A stretch of 64,000 nt of DNA from Clostridium sp. CAG:417 (GCA_000432835.1 FR890371.1:62915-126914); one strand, 5' to 3'; shown: positions 21,700-31,168, counted from the first letter of the stretch. The notes: generated by a model not told the origin, from the sequence alone. Numbers and translations are program-made.

Positions 21700-22875
21700 A
21701 TGAATAAGAAAAGGGTTTTGATTGTTTTACTTAGTATTTTATTAATACTTATTATTGGTGTTAGTATTCATTTTTATAGAATTAAACATGCTAGAGTTGA
21801 TATTACTTATAATGACTTAGTAGTGGAGGTTTATGAAAAAAGACATGTTTCTTCATTTATTAAAAGTATTAATGGTAAAATTATTGATGACTATATTATT
21901 GATAGTGATAGTCTTGGTAAAAAGAATATTAGTTTTCAATATATTAATACTGATAATATCAAAGTCACTAGTTTCTTTGATATAAAAGTCGTTGATAAGA
22001 CTGCTCCTTTGATATGGATTAGTGATACTTATAGTTTAGGTGTTGGTTCTAAGAGAAGTTTAACTGATCTTATTCTATGTGGTGATAATTATGATAAAAA
22101 ACCAAAGTGTTATATAGAAGGGGATTATGACTTAAATAAAATAGGAAAATATGATTTAGTCATTCATGCCTCTGATAGTAGTAAAAATAAGACTAGTAAG
22201 TCTTTTACTTTAAATGTATATGATCCTAAAAACGTAAAAAGTAAAGAGAGAGAAACAGTTTATTTTTCTGATGTTTTGGGGAAATATAAAAATAATAAAG
22301 TTGGACTTGATTTATCTAAGTGGCAAGGTAATGTCGATTTTTCAAAATTAAGTCAGGCTGGAGTTTCCTTTGCAATTCTTAGAGTAGGGAGTACTAGGGG
22401 AAATGGTGGAGAATATGTTTTAGATGAAATGTTTAAGAAAAATATAAGCGAGGCTTTAAAATATAAAATTCCTGTGGGAGTATATTTTTATTCATATGCA
22501 TCTAATATAAAAGAGGCAAGAAATGATGCTAGATGGGTAATAAAACAAATAAAAGATTACAAAGTAAAATTAGGCGTTTCTTTTGATTGGGAGGACTGGT
22601 CCTACTTTAATTCTTATAATATTAGTTTTCATGATTTAAATGAAATTTCAAATGCATTTATGGATGAAATTAGTAAAGCTAAGTACAAAACAATGTTATA
22701 TAGTAGTAAAAATTACTTAGAGTTAATTTGGAACAATAAAAAATATGATACTTGGCTTGCCCATTATACAGATAAAACAAATTATTTGGGAAAATATAAA
22801 TACTGGCAAATATGTGATACAGGAAGAGTAGATGGTATTAACGGAAATGTTGATATTGATATAATGTATGAATAA
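21700..22875 (+). CDS. Membrane-anchored GH25 muramidase (lysozyme) domain protein
   Basis: N-terminal TM helix. C-terminal region carries GLDLSKWQGNVDF...FAILRVG....D and GVYFYSY motifs of glycoside hydrolase family 25. Confidence 0.7.
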   Translation: MNKKRVLIVLLSILLILIIGVSIHFYRIKHARVDITYNDLVVEVYEKRHVSSFIKSINGKIIDDYIIDSDSLGKKNISFQYINTDNIKVTSFFDIKVVDKTAPLIWISDTYSLGVGSKRSLTDLILCGDNYDKKPKCYIEGDYDLNKIGKYDLVIHASDSSKNKTSKSFTLNVYDPKNVKSKERETVYFSDVLGKYKNNKVGLDLSKWQGNVDFSKLSQAGVSFAILRVGSTRGNGGEYVLDEMFKKNISEALKYKIPVGVYFYSYASNIKEARNDARWVIKQIKDYKVKLGVSFDWEDWSYFNSYNISFHDLNEISNAFMDEISKAKYKTMLYSSKNYLELIWNNKKYDTWLAHYTDKTNYLGKYKYWQICDTGRVDGINGNVDIDIMYE

Positions 22876-22895
22876 TACTTTGAATGGAGGATTAA

Positions 22896-23372
22896 ATGAG
22901 CAAGAAAATAATTTTTATAATATTGGGATGTTGGATGTGCATGATGTTTTTATTTTCTAATCAGAATGCTACTAAATCCAACCATACTAGTGATAAAGTA
23001 ACTATTTCACTAATTCATTTAGTTGATAAATTTATGGGAAAGACTACTGGGAAGGCTCAAGAGAAAAAAATAATTAAAAATGTTCGCTTGCTAGTTAGAA
23101 AAACTGCTCATATGAGTGAATATTTTGTATTAGCTGTTTTAATCTTTTGCTTAGTCAGTAATTATGTTTCTAGTAATAAAAAAGTATTTTTGATTACTTT
23201 TATATGTTGTGTTTTATTTTCAATAGGAGATGAGATTCATCAACTTTTTATTCCAGGAAGGACGGGTAGAATATTTGATGTAGGAGTAGATAGTTGTGGT
23301 ATATTACTTGGATGTATTTTACTGACATTTATTAAGTATAAAACAGATAAAAAGAGGCTGCAAAATATCTGA
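22896..23372 (+). CDS. VanZ-family membrane protein
   Basis: RKTAHMSEYFVLAVL motif and a 4-TM topology typical of VanZ-like proteins. Confidence 0.65.
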   Translation: MSKKIIFIILGCWMCMMFLFSNQNATKSNHTSDKVTISLIHLVDKFMGKTTGKAQEKKIIKNVRLLVRKTAHMSEYFVLAVLIFCLVSNYVSSNKKVFLITFICCVLFSIGDEIHQLFIPGRTGRIFDVGVDSCGILLGCILLTFIKYKTDKKRLQNI

Positions 23373-23490
23373 AAAATTAAAATTATATACTTCAATTTTG
23401 TAATAATTGGTCTATTTTTAGGATCAATTTTTATTTTTTTATATTTGTCATTTCTATTTAATATCTGTATATTGATGACGAGGTGGAGAA

Positions 23491-23589
23491 ATGTATATTA
23501 TTTTAGTAATTATAATTAGTTTAATATTTATTATTTGGACTATGTTAAGAATAGTTAGTATTAGTGAAAATAGACATTATAAGGCTTGA
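23491..23589 (+). CDS. Candidate 32-aa hydrophobic small peptide (MYIILVIIISLIFIIWTMLRIVSISENRHYKA)
   Basis: Strong SD (GGTGGAG) 6 nt upstream of the ATG, a single TM-like helix, located in an intergenic gap. Confidence 0.25.
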   Translation: MYIILVIIISLIFIIWTMLRIVSISENRHYKA

Positions 23590-23633
23590 CTATCCTTATT
23601 ATTTATACTATACTTAAATAGTAATCATTACTA
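23586..23633 (+). promoter_or_regulatory. sigma-A type promoter (TTGACT, 17 nt spacer, TATACT) followed by a perfect 7-1-7 palindrome TAGTAATCATTACTA, a probable Fur/PerR-family operator
   Basis: -35 at 23586-23591 and -10 at 23609-23614. The palindrome at 23619-23633 lies between the -10 and the RBS of the Fur-family gene, with the same architecture as the PerR box TTATAATnATTATAA. Confidence 0.5.
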
Positions 23634-23641
23634 ATAAGGAG

Positions 23642-24019
23642 ATGATGTCTTTGCGAAACACAAAACAAAGAGATCTCATATTATCAATTGTTAATAATAG
23701 TTATTCTCATCCAGGTGCTTTAGATATTTATAATGAGGCAGTAAAATTAATTCCTAATATTAGTTTAGGGACAGTTTATAGGAATTTAAATAGGCTTGTA
23801 GATGAGGGGTTAATTAAAAGAATTAAAACTCCTGATAATATTGATAGGTTTGATCATACTAATAAGCATGCACATTTTATATGTATGAAGTGTGGTTCAA
23901 TTATTGATTTGGGAGAGGAATATCTTTTTAATCTAGAAAAAATTGATGATAATGAAGTATTGGATTGCGAAGTTAGTTTTAAAGGTATTTGCAAGAATTG
24001 CAAGAAGAAAGGATGTTAA
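23642..24019 (+). CDS. Fur-family transcriptional regulator, probably PerR-like
   Basis: DNA-binding helix region plus C-terminal CxxC...CxxC zinc motifs (CMKCGS...CKNCKKKGC). Sits upstream of rubrerythrin. Confidence 0.8.
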   Translation: MMSLRNTKQRDLILSIVNNSYSHPGALDIYNEAVKLIPNISLGTVYRNLNRLVDEGLIKRIKTPDNIDRFDHTNKHAHFICMKCGSIIDLGEEYLFNLEKIDDNEVLDCEVSFKGICKNCKKKGC

Positions 24020-24021
24020 TT

Positions 24022-24561
24022 ATGGAATTAAAAGGATCTAAAACAGAACAAAATTTAATGGCAGCATTTGCTGGTGAAAGTCAAGCAAGAAATAAATATA
24101 CTTATTTTGCTTCTAAGGCTAAAAAAGATGGTTATGAGCAAATAGCAGCTATATTTGAAGAAACAGCTAATAATGAAAAAGAACACGCTAAGATGTGGTT
24201 TAAAGAACTTAATGGTGGAAGTATTCCTTCTACTGAGGAAAATCTTTTAGCAGCAGCAGAAGGTGAAAATTATGAGTGGACAGACATGTATGATAACTTT
24301 GCTAAGACTGCAAAAGAGGAAGGCTTTGATAGAATAGCTTACTTATTTACAGAGGTTGCTAAAATTGAAAAGGAACATGAAGAACGTTATCGAAAATTAC
24401 TTGCTAATGTTAAAGATGGTTTAGTATTTAGTAAAGATGGAGATAGAATTTGGCAATGTCGTAATTGTGGACATATTGTTATTGGAAAAGAAGCTCCAAA
24501 GGTTTGTCCAGTATGTAATCATCCACAATCTTATTTTGAAATCAAAAAAGAAAATTATTAA
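24022..24561 (+). CDS. rbr: Rubrerythrin
   Basis: Di-iron ferritin-like E..EH motifs ([16 protein letters not shown]) and a C-terminal rubredoxin CxxC...CxxC (CRNCG...CPVCN). The true start is the ATG at 24022 after the AGAAAGGA RBS; the listed ORF at 23989 overlaps the fur gene. Confidence 0.88.
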   Translation: MELKGSKTEQNLMAAFAGESQARNKYTYFASKAKKDGYEQIAAIFEETANNEKEHAKMWFKELNGGSIPSTEENLLAAAEGENYEWTDMYDNFAKTAKEEGFDRIAYLFTEVAKIEKEHEERYRKLLANVKDGLVFSKDGDRIWQCRNCGHIVIGKEAPKVCPVCNHPQSYFEIKKENY

Positions 24562-24621
24562 TATTAAGGGAGGTTTACTCCTTTTTTTGTTGTATGTTAT
24601 AATAACAAGTGGAGTGATAGT

Positions 24622-25488
24622 ATGGAAGATAATATTTATTTATTTTTACAAGAACCTAAAAAATATGAAATTAATATCGATTATATAGCTAAGATAGAAA
24701 AATTTTATCAACAACATGGTTTTATTCCAGAAAATTGTGTTAATACTTTTTTGGATTGGTTGGTAATGGAGGCCCGTAAGAAGTGTTTAAATTCAGAGGA
24801 GGATTTTCTTAATTTCTCTTATAAGGGCTGCTGTGGTAGGGTTCAGGGAGCTCTAAAGGATTTATTAGATAGGATGAGGTTTCCTAATAAAGCATTTAAT
24901 ATTGGGAATGTTGTAGCACATAAACCAATTCATGCTTTAAATATGTTAACGATTCCGATATTAAAGAATGATAAAGTTGTACTAGATAATTATATACTTG
25001 ATCCAACATTTAGACAATTTACGTTAAAGGAAGAAAATAGATTTGAAAGATATTTTGAAGAAGAGAGAGGGGCTATAAAGGTTGCTACTCCTCATCCAGG
25101 ATATTTCTTAAATTTAACTCCACAAGTAAGAGAATTTGCTAATGAACTTATTAAAGATGGTTATTTTTTGATGAATGATGAAAATACAAAGTTATATTGT
25201 GATGCTTTTCAACTTTATGTAACGCCTAAAGAAGATTATACAGATAAAAGTTTAGTAGGAAAGGTTAGTTTTACTGGTTATAGTGGGGCAGATTATATAA
25301 AACTTATAAATACTAATTTAACCAATTTTACCATGTCAGATATTTATATAGAAGATCCTGTAGTGAGTGCTAATAAGATAAGTAGAAAGATTAAAAAGTT
25401 ATTTAAAAAGAAGGATGATCCCATTGAAATAGAAAAAATGCTTAGTGATAGTACCTCTAATGTTCCAGATTCAAAGTTTTATAAATAA
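24622..25488 (+). CDS. Hypothetical protein with possible Cys/His/Asp thiol-hydrolase-like residues
   Basis: 288-aa ORF with a GGAGTGAT RBS. The only features are C(GCCGR)...H(KPIHALN)...D(ILDPTF). Confidence 0.35.
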   Translation: MEDNIYLFLQEPKKYEINIDYIAKIEKFYQQHGFIPENCVNTFLDWLVMEARKKCLNSEEDFLNFSYKGCCGRVQGALKDLLDRMRFPNKAFNIGNVVAHKPIHALNMLTIPILKNDKVVLDNYILDPTFRQFTLKEENRFERYFEEERGAIKVATPHPGYFLNLTPQVREFANELIKDGYFLMNDENTKLYCDAFQLYVTPKEDYTDKSLVGKVSFTGYSGADYIKLINTNLTNFTMSDIYIEDPVVSANKISRKIKKLFKKKDDPIEIEKMLSDSTSNVPDSKFYK

Positions 25489-25548
25489 CTATTGCCAAAT
25501 ACTAATATTTTTGTTAGAATGATATTGTCTTTTAAAGAGATATCATTT

Positions 25549-25625
25549 GGTCTGTTGGTGAAGTGGTTTAACACGCGCGCCTCTCAAGCTCGTATTCACG
25601 GGTTCGAACCCCGTACAGACTACCA
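25549..25625 (+). tRNA. tRNA, anticodon CUC (Glu-type by anticodon). 77 nt with encoded CCA.
   Basis: Acceptor stem GGTCTGT/ACAGACT (G1:U72), TΨC arm ACGGG-TTCGAAC-CCCGT, anticodon loop CTCTCAA with U33 and A37, and a 3' ACCA. D-stem is only 3 bp and the anticodon stem has one C:T mismatch. Confidence 0.7.
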
Positions 25626-25669
25626 TTAAGAATTTTACTTGAAATTTTATTATTTCTAGTTGATAATAA

Positions 25670-25697
25670 CTAATCCTTATCGTGGATTAGTTTTTTT
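25670..25697 (+). terminator. Rho-independent terminator after the tRNA
   Basis: CTAATCC-ttatcgt-GGATTAG hairpin followed by TTTTTTT. Confidence 0.7.
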
Positions 25698-25807
25698 GTG
25701 CTATTAATACAGGAAATTTTAAAGGCGTCGAATTAGATGCGTTTGAAAAAAGGTTTACTTCAATTAAAAGTTATGTTATAATACGTAACTAGTGATGGAG
25801 GTTTAAA

Positions 25808-26680
25808 ATGAAAATATTAAGAAAGAATGATAATTGGAACAAAATAAATACTAGAGAAGAATTACTTGAATTATTAAAAAAATATAACAGAATACTTCGT
25901 GGTTCAATGATCCATTATTTAAATGATTTAGTAGATTTAGAATTTTCGGTTATTAAAGATAATATTAATGTTAGCGAAGATGATAAAAAAATTTTATCAG
26001 AATTAGAGATATATAAAAGAATAGCAATGTATAATATTTATAATATGGCATTAAACATATTTGAAGAAGCAAATCCAGAAATTATGATATCCGGCAATAA
26101 TGATGTAATTGAGGGATTGAATGTATACGCTTCATTTGGTGAAAGAAGCTTTCAAGTATTTGATTTTTATTATCAGGAAGGACCTATTGGGTTTGAATTA
26201 GAAATACCAAGTGGTTATAAAACAATGAGAATAGGAGATATTTCTTTATTTCATACAATGGCTAGTGAGGAACTAAGAGAAGCTGAGTTGATGCGAGTAA
26301 TGGATGAATTGGATAGATTATATGATCAAAAAAATCCATATGGTTATAGTTCTTATGGCGATAGTAGACATTTTGGTGGTTGTCGACATGTTGGTGGACC
26401 TGCTGCACAATGGAGTTTTGAACACAATAAAAAAATAAAGGCAAACGAAAAGAGATTTGAATTATTAGATTCCAAAAAAGAATTAACAGATGATGATAAG
26501 AGAGAAATAGAAATTACAAATAGATTTTATGAATTATTATTAAAAGATTATGGCTTGACAGATAAAGACTTTGAAGAGGAAGATGATTTAGTCTTTCCTG
26601 AGAGACAAACAAAATTACAAAAAACTCTTGTTAAAAAAACGCCAAATATAAAAATTTATAATAATATTAAATATATTTAA
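25808..26680 (+). CDS. Hypothetical protein
   Basis: 290 aa with a GGAGG RBS. No recognisable domain. Confidence 0.4.
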   Translation: MKILRKNDNWNKINTREELLELLKKYNRILRGSMIHYLNDLVDLEFSVIKDNINVSEDDKKILSELEIYKRIAMYNIYNMALNIFEEANPEIMISGNNDVIEGLNVYASFGERSFQVFDFYYQEGPIGFELEIPSGYKTMRIGDISLFHTMASEELREAELMRVMDELDRLYDQKNPYGYSSYGDSRHFGGCRHVGGPAAQWSFEHNKKIKANEKRFELLDSKKELTDDDKREIEITNRFYELLLKDYGLTDKDFEEEDDLVFPERQTKLQKTLVKKTPNIKIYNNIKYI

Positions 26681-26877
26681 ATAATGTAAATGAGAGCTAG
26701 TGATGTGTTACTATGTTCTTTTTTATTTAAACTTCATAAGCAATTAAAGCATTGGCAAATTATCATTACTTTTAATTGATATACGTTTTTATGTAAAATT
26801 TAGTTGCACAAATTTTTAAATACGCTATACTTTTAGTAGGGGTGTTAAGTGATATAGTGGTATTTGAGGAGAAAATT

Positions 26878-27753
26878 ATGAAAAAAATACTTGGGATGGT
26901 TGATGATAATTCTGTTACTCACTTTTTATCTGTTGAGTTGAATGGGATTGATGAGGTTTGTTCTGCTATTGATGATAGTTTCAGCTATAAGATTGATAGA
27001 ACTATATCTTGTGAGGTACTTAATCGGAAGTTATATAGTTTAGGTAAATATCAAGATGATATTTTACATGGTAGAGCACAAGTCCTAAAGGCTTCAATTG
27101 TAAAAATTGATAAAAAACAGCAGAAAGATAATTTTATTGATGAAGTTGATCCTGATATTAGGATGGGATTAGTAAATGTGTCTTTAGTTTATCCATCACA
27201 GATAAGTAAAATTATTAAAAACACTTTTTATGATGATGGGACTTATGGTGAATATAAGTTAATAGATTTAACTGATTTAGCAAAGCTTGCTAATAAAATA
27301 TCAAAAACGAAAAATAATTTTTCTTATGATGGAACCATTGATGCAAAAGTAGGAGAGTTTTCGAGTGCTGGTTATTATAATTATTTAAAAGATACGACTG
27401 CTAATAAACCAATATGGCTTAATAAAAAAGAAAGACAACTTACTAGTGAGATGGTAACGGATATTTTTCAGTGTGTTAGTGAATGCCTTGATATTAAATA
27501 CTTAGGAAGTAGTTTCCTTGATGATTCTTCAAGTCTTGAAACAGAAAAGATGAATAGATTTGCGTTACGTAATAGTGATGCTTTAAAATCTCTAGAACTT
27601 TCGCCGCTTCTTTCTAGAATTCTCAATACTTTAAGTGAAGTAGAACAATATAGAGATATTTCTTATTTTAATATTAGCTTACCTAATTATTTATTAGATG
27701 GTAAACTATATGGTGAGAATGAGAAAAGTCTTGCAAAATCAAAGAAAATGTGA
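26878..27753 (+). CDS. Hypothetical protein
   Basis: Start moved to the ATG after the GAGGAG RBS (MKKILGMVDD...). No recognisable domain. Confidence 0.4.
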   Translation: MKKILGMVDDNSVTHFLSVELNGIDEVCSAIDDSFSYKIDRTISCEVLNRKLYSLGKYQDDILHGRAQVLKASIVKIDKKQQKDNFIDEVDPDIRMGLVNVSLVYPSQISKIIKNTFYDDGTYGEYKLIDLTDLAKLANKISKTKNNFSYDGTIDAKVGEFSSAGYYNYLKDTTANKPIWLNKKERQLTSEMVTDIFQCVSECLDIKYLGSSFLDDSSSLETEKMNRFALRNSDALKSLELSPLLSRILNTLSEVEQYRDISYFNISLPNYLLDGKLYGENEKSLAKSKKM

Positions 27754-27785
27754 TATAATGTGGACAATTAAGAGGAGTGATATGT

Positions 27786-28853
27786 ATGAATAATTTTCAT
27801 GGAGGACCAGGTGGTCCATTTCCAGGTCCAGGATTTGGTCCGGGATTTGGGCCAGCACCAGGTCCAGGATTTGGTCCAGCACCCGGTGGAGTACCATTAG
27901 AAGTTGAATCTCAATTTATGTATGGCGGTGTCGGTGGAGGAAGTAGTAATGAACACAGAATTCCACTTGATATATTATCTGCTAAAAAACTTCCTAGTTC
28001 TAGATTTTTTTCTAGACTTAAGGTTAGATTAAAAAGAGCTAATCTTAGAAGTAATATTAGAAGTGTAAATAAATATTTGCGTAGAGCACAAATTCAACAA
28101 ATGATTTTGGAAAATATGGGAAGTTTATCTCATAGTTATGGAGATAATGCCAGAGTGTTTGCCGATATTACAACTGATGAAATTATAGATACTTTAGACC
28201 AAAATAATAAAAAGATAAAACTAAAAGAAAAATTTTTATTTAATAATCTTCGCAATAAAATTGAGAGAAAAAAAGAAAGATTTTATGTAGGATATTATAA
28301 ATTTAAGTCTTATATAAAGTATGGAAAGTCAGAAAAGAAGAGGAGTTATCAACTAAGAAAAGCTAATCAAGATGTTGATTATAGAAAAGATAAATTACTT
28401 GATGGTTGGTTACTTCATAATTATAATATTTATTCAATATTATTAGGTGATATAAGCAAGAAAAATGGCTTTAAGGGATTACTTCCAGATAGTGCTGATT
28501 TAGAAACCGTTAAAAATGCTAATAAACAAAAAACAGCACCTCAAAATATTCAACAATCAAATACTCAAAATAAAACCGTAAGTCAAAATAACACGAATAC
28601 ACAGACTAATACAAAAACTCAAAGCAATGTAAATACTCAAAATAATGCAAAGACACAAGTAAATGCTACACCACAACCTGCTAAAATACAATCACAACCT
28701 TCACCAGTTAAAATTAGTGATATTAATGATTATCCACCAGTTTATGTAGATCCATGGATTGAAGGAATGTTTAGTAATGATTGGGAAAAAGCTGATGAAT
28801 CAGTAAGCATGGATGTAGAAATTTTAGATGATAAAACTCATCACCATAAATAA
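27786..28853 (+). CDS. Low-complexity hypothetical protein with an N-terminal Gly/Pro/Phe repeat and a C-terminal Gln/Asn/Thr-rich repeat
   Basis: Start at the ATG 8 nt after the AGAGGAG RBS, with an extended -10 TGtGATATAAT upstream. GPGFGPA repeats are encoded by a DNA tandem repeat. The C-terminal NTQ(N/T)K(T) repeats are also present. Confidence 0.45.
   Translation: MNNFHGGPGGPFPGPGFGPGFGPAPGPGFGPAPGGVPLEVESQFMYGGVGGGSSNEHRIPLDILSAKKLPSSRFFSRLKVRLKRANLRSNIRSVNKYLRRAQIQQMILENMGSLSHSYGDNARVFADITTDEIIDTLDQNNKKIKLKEKFLFNNLRNKIERKKERFYVGYYKFKSYIKYGKSEKKRSYQLRKANQDVDYRKDKLLDGWLLHNYNIYSILLGDISKKNGFKGLLPDSADLETVKNANKQKTAPQNIQQSNTQNKTVSQNNTNTQTNTKTQSNVNTQNNAKTQVNATPQPAKIQSQPSPVKISDINDYPPVYVDPWIEGMFSNDWEKADESVSMDVEILDDKTHHHK
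27803..27895 (+). repeat. Imperfect tandem repeat of about 15-18 nt units (ggtccaggatttggtcc...) encoding (G-P-G-F-G-P-A)n
   Basis: Visible in sequence as ggtccaggatttggtccgggatttgggccagcaccaggtccaggatttggtccagcaccc. Confidence 0.6.
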
Positions 28854-28854
28854 T

Positions 28855-28883
28855 AAAGTTGGTTAATTCTAACTTTATTTTTT
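28855..28883 (+). terminator. Rho-independent terminator
   Basis: AAAGTTGG-ttaatt-CTAACTTT hairpin followed by ATTTTTTG, immediately after the stop at 28853. Confidence 0.55.
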
Positions 28884-28908
28884 GTATAATGATATTAGGA
28901 GGAATAAA

Positions 28909-29646
28909 ATGATTGGCGTGTTTGATTCAGGAATTGGTGGGGTAACGGTATTAAAAGAACTTTTAAAAATTTTACCACATGAAAAGTTTATTTATTATTC
29001 TGACTCTTTAAATAATCCGTACGGTGATAAGAGCTTTGATGAATTAAAGAAAATTGTTTTTAAAGTGGTTGATACATTAATAGATAATAACTGCAAAATA
29101 ATAGTTATAGCGTGTAATACTGCTAGCACTTTGAGTACCTGTTTAAGGGAAAAATATAGTATACCGATAGTCGCTATTGAACCGGCTTATAAAATGATTT
29201 ATGATAATGATTTTTCAGAGAAAACCTTGGTAATGGCAACGAAAGCAACTATTAATAGTGATAAATTTCAACAACTTTATCATAAGTATGATAACCATAA
29301 TACAACTCTTTTATCTTGTTCTGGACTAGCTGATTTAGTTGAGACAGGGGATCAGGAGAAGATAGATAATTATTTAAAAAATACTTTGATGCCTTATAGG
29401 GGAGTAAAATGTGTCGTTTTGGGATGTACACATTATCCATTGATTAAAGAAAACATTCGGAAAGTATTAGGTGATGTTAAATTTTATGATGGAAGTGTTG
29501 GAGTTAGTAAACAGACACGCAAGATTTTACTTGAAAAAGATTTAATTAATGAAGATGGTGATACTTATGTTCAGTTTATTGATTCTTCAAATGATTTAAA
29601 AAAGAAAAAAAGATTTTTTTCTTTATTAGGTGACTTGAAATTTTAA
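28909..29646 (+). CDS. murI: Glutamate racemase
   Basis: MIGVFDSGIGGVTVL and CNTAS motifs. Start at the ATG after the AGGAGG RBS and a TATAAT -10 at 28886. Confidence 0.9.
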   Translation: MIGVFDSGIGGVTVLKELLKILPHEKFIYYSDSLNNPYGDKSFDELKKIVFKVVDTLIDNNCKIIVIACNTASTLSTCLREKYSIPIVAIEPAYKMIYDNDFSEKTLVMATKATINSDKFQQLYHKYDNHNTTLLSCSGLADLVETGDQEKIDNYLKNTLMPYRGVKCVVLGCTHYPLIKENIRKVLGDVKFYDGSVGVSKQTRKILLEKDLINEDGDTYVQFIDSSNDLKKKKRFFSLLGDLKF

Positions 29647-29663
29647 ATAAGTTTTACTATAAT
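29635..29663 (+). promoter_or_regulatory. sigma-A promoter (TTGAAA, 17 nt spacer, TATAAT) driving the glyQS T-box leader
   Basis: -35 at 29635-29640 and -10 at 29658-29663. Confidence 0.5.
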
Positions 29664-29664
29664 A

Positions 29665-29800
29665 TATGTGATGACGCGATGATGGAGGTTGGAAACTCCT
29701 AGCGCTACAAAGAAAGAGATTCTTCTGGAATAAGTAAGGTGGAACCGCGGGGTAACTCGTCCTTACATTTATTCTGGGAGTTTTATTTTTTTAGGAGGAA
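29665..29800 (+). promoter_or_regulatory. T-box riboswitch leader (tRNA-Gly-responsive) upstream of glyQS
   Basis: Conserved T-box sequence AAGGTGGAACCGCGG at 29736-29750. Terminator helix GGAATAAgTAAGG / CCTTAcaTTTATTC followed by TTTTATTTTTTT, immediately before the glyQS RBS. Confidence 0.75.
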
Positions 29801-29806
29801 AATAAT

Positions 29807-31168
29807 ATGAAAATGGAAGAATTAGTTAATTACTGTAAACAATATGGTTTTATATTTCAGGGTAGTGAAATATATGGTGGACTTGCAAATACATGGGATT
29901 ATGGTCCATTAGGAAGTAGACTAAAAAATAATATTAAAGATACTTGGAGAAAAAGATTCATTCAAGAAAGACGTAATGCTTATGAAGTTGATGCAGATAT
30001 TTTAATGCATCCGAAGGTTTGGGAAGCAAGTGGACACGTATCATCTTTTTCTGATCCATTAATTGATTGTAAGAATTGTAAAACAAGACATAGAGCAGAT
30101 AATTTAATAGATGATTTTTCAGAGGATGCAGATGCTGATGCAATGAGTCAAGATGAAATGATGGAATATATTAAAACTCATCACGTTCCATGCCCAAAAT
30201 GTGGGAAATCAGATTTTACTGATATTAGACAATTTAATTTGATGTTTGAAACCCATAGAGGAGTAGTAGAAGATGGTAAAAATAAGGTTTATTTACGTCC
30301 AGAAAACGCTCAGGGGGAATATGTTAACTTTTTAAATGTTCAAAGAACTACTAGATCAAAACTTCCTTTTAGTATAGGTCAAATAGGTAAGGCTTTTAGA
30401 AATGAAATAACACCTGGTAACTTTACTTTTAGAACAATAGAATTTGAACAAATGGAATATCAAACTTTCTGTAAGGAAGGAAATGATTCTGAATTATATA
30501 ATTATTTTAAAGAATATGCTAAAAAGTATTTTATGGATTTAGGAATTCCAGAGAGCGATTTAAGATTCCATGATCATGAAAAATTAGCTCATTATGCTAA
30601 GGAAGCATGTGATATAGAATATAAATTTCCTTTTGGTTGGGGAGAAATCAATGGAACACATAACAGAACTAATTATGACTTATCTCAACATCAGAAGGTA
30701 TCAGGAGTTAGTCAAGAATATTTAGATCCTGAAACAAACGAGAAATTTATACCTTATATTGTAGAATCTACTATAGGTTGTGATAGAGCAGTACTTGCAG
30801 TTTTATTTAATGCTTATCATAAGGAAACACTAGAAAACGGTGAAGAACGTGATGTAATGAAGTTTTTACCTTCAATAGCACCATATAAAGTAGCAGTTTT
30901 ACCTCTTGCTAAAAAATATCATAGCGAAAAAGCCTCTGAGGTATATGATATGTTATCCAAAAACTTTATGTGTAGTTATGATGAGGCTGGTTCTATAGGT
31001 AAACGTTATAGAAGACAAGATGCTATTGGAACACCTTTTTCAATTACTATTGATGATAATACTATTAATAATAATACTGTTACTATTAGAGATAGAGATA
31101 CAATGGAACAAATTACATTGGAATTAGATAAAGTAATACCTTATATTGAAGAAAAAATTAAGTTTTAA
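29807..31168 (+). CDS. glyQS: Glycine--tRNA ligase (alpha2 type, GlyQS)
   Basis: Class II aaRS motifs and the conserved GlyRS N-terminus (YGF.FQGSEIYGGLAN.WDYGPLG). Confidence 0.93.
   Translation: MKMEELVNYCKQYGFIFQGSEIYGGLANTWDYGPLGSRLKNNIKDTWRKRFIQERRNAYEVDADILMHPKVWEASGHVSSFSDPLIDCKNCKTRHRADNLIDDFSEDADADAMSQDEMMEYIKTHHVPCPKCGKSDFTDIRQFNLMFETHRGVVEDGKNKVYLRPENAQGEYVNFLNVQRTTRSKLPFSIGQIGKAFRNEITPGNFTFRTIEFEQMEYQTFCKEGNDSELYNYFKEYAKKYFMDLGIPESDLRFHDHEKLAHYAKEACDIEYKFPFGWGEINGTHNRTNYDLSQHQKVSGVSQEYLDPETNEKFIPYIVESTIGCDRAVLAVLFNAYHKETLENGEERDVMKFLPSIAPYKVAVLPLAKKYHSEKASEVYDMLSKNFMCSYDEAGSIGKRYRRQDAIGTPFSITIDDNTINNNTVTIRDRDTMEQITLELDKVIPYIEEKIKF

Noticed and set aside
23989-24021. N-terminal extension of the rubrerythrin ORF ([11 protein letters not shown]...) overlapping the fur gene
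   Set aside because: The AGAAAGGA SD and the conserved rubrerythrin N-terminus start at ATG 24022. The extension only mirrors the fur C-terminus in another frame.
24437-24688. 83-aa ORF overlapping the rubrerythrin 3' end and the next gene's start
   Set aside because: Out-of-frame overlap with two better-supported genes. Ile/Leu/Lys-rich AT-rich translation artefact.
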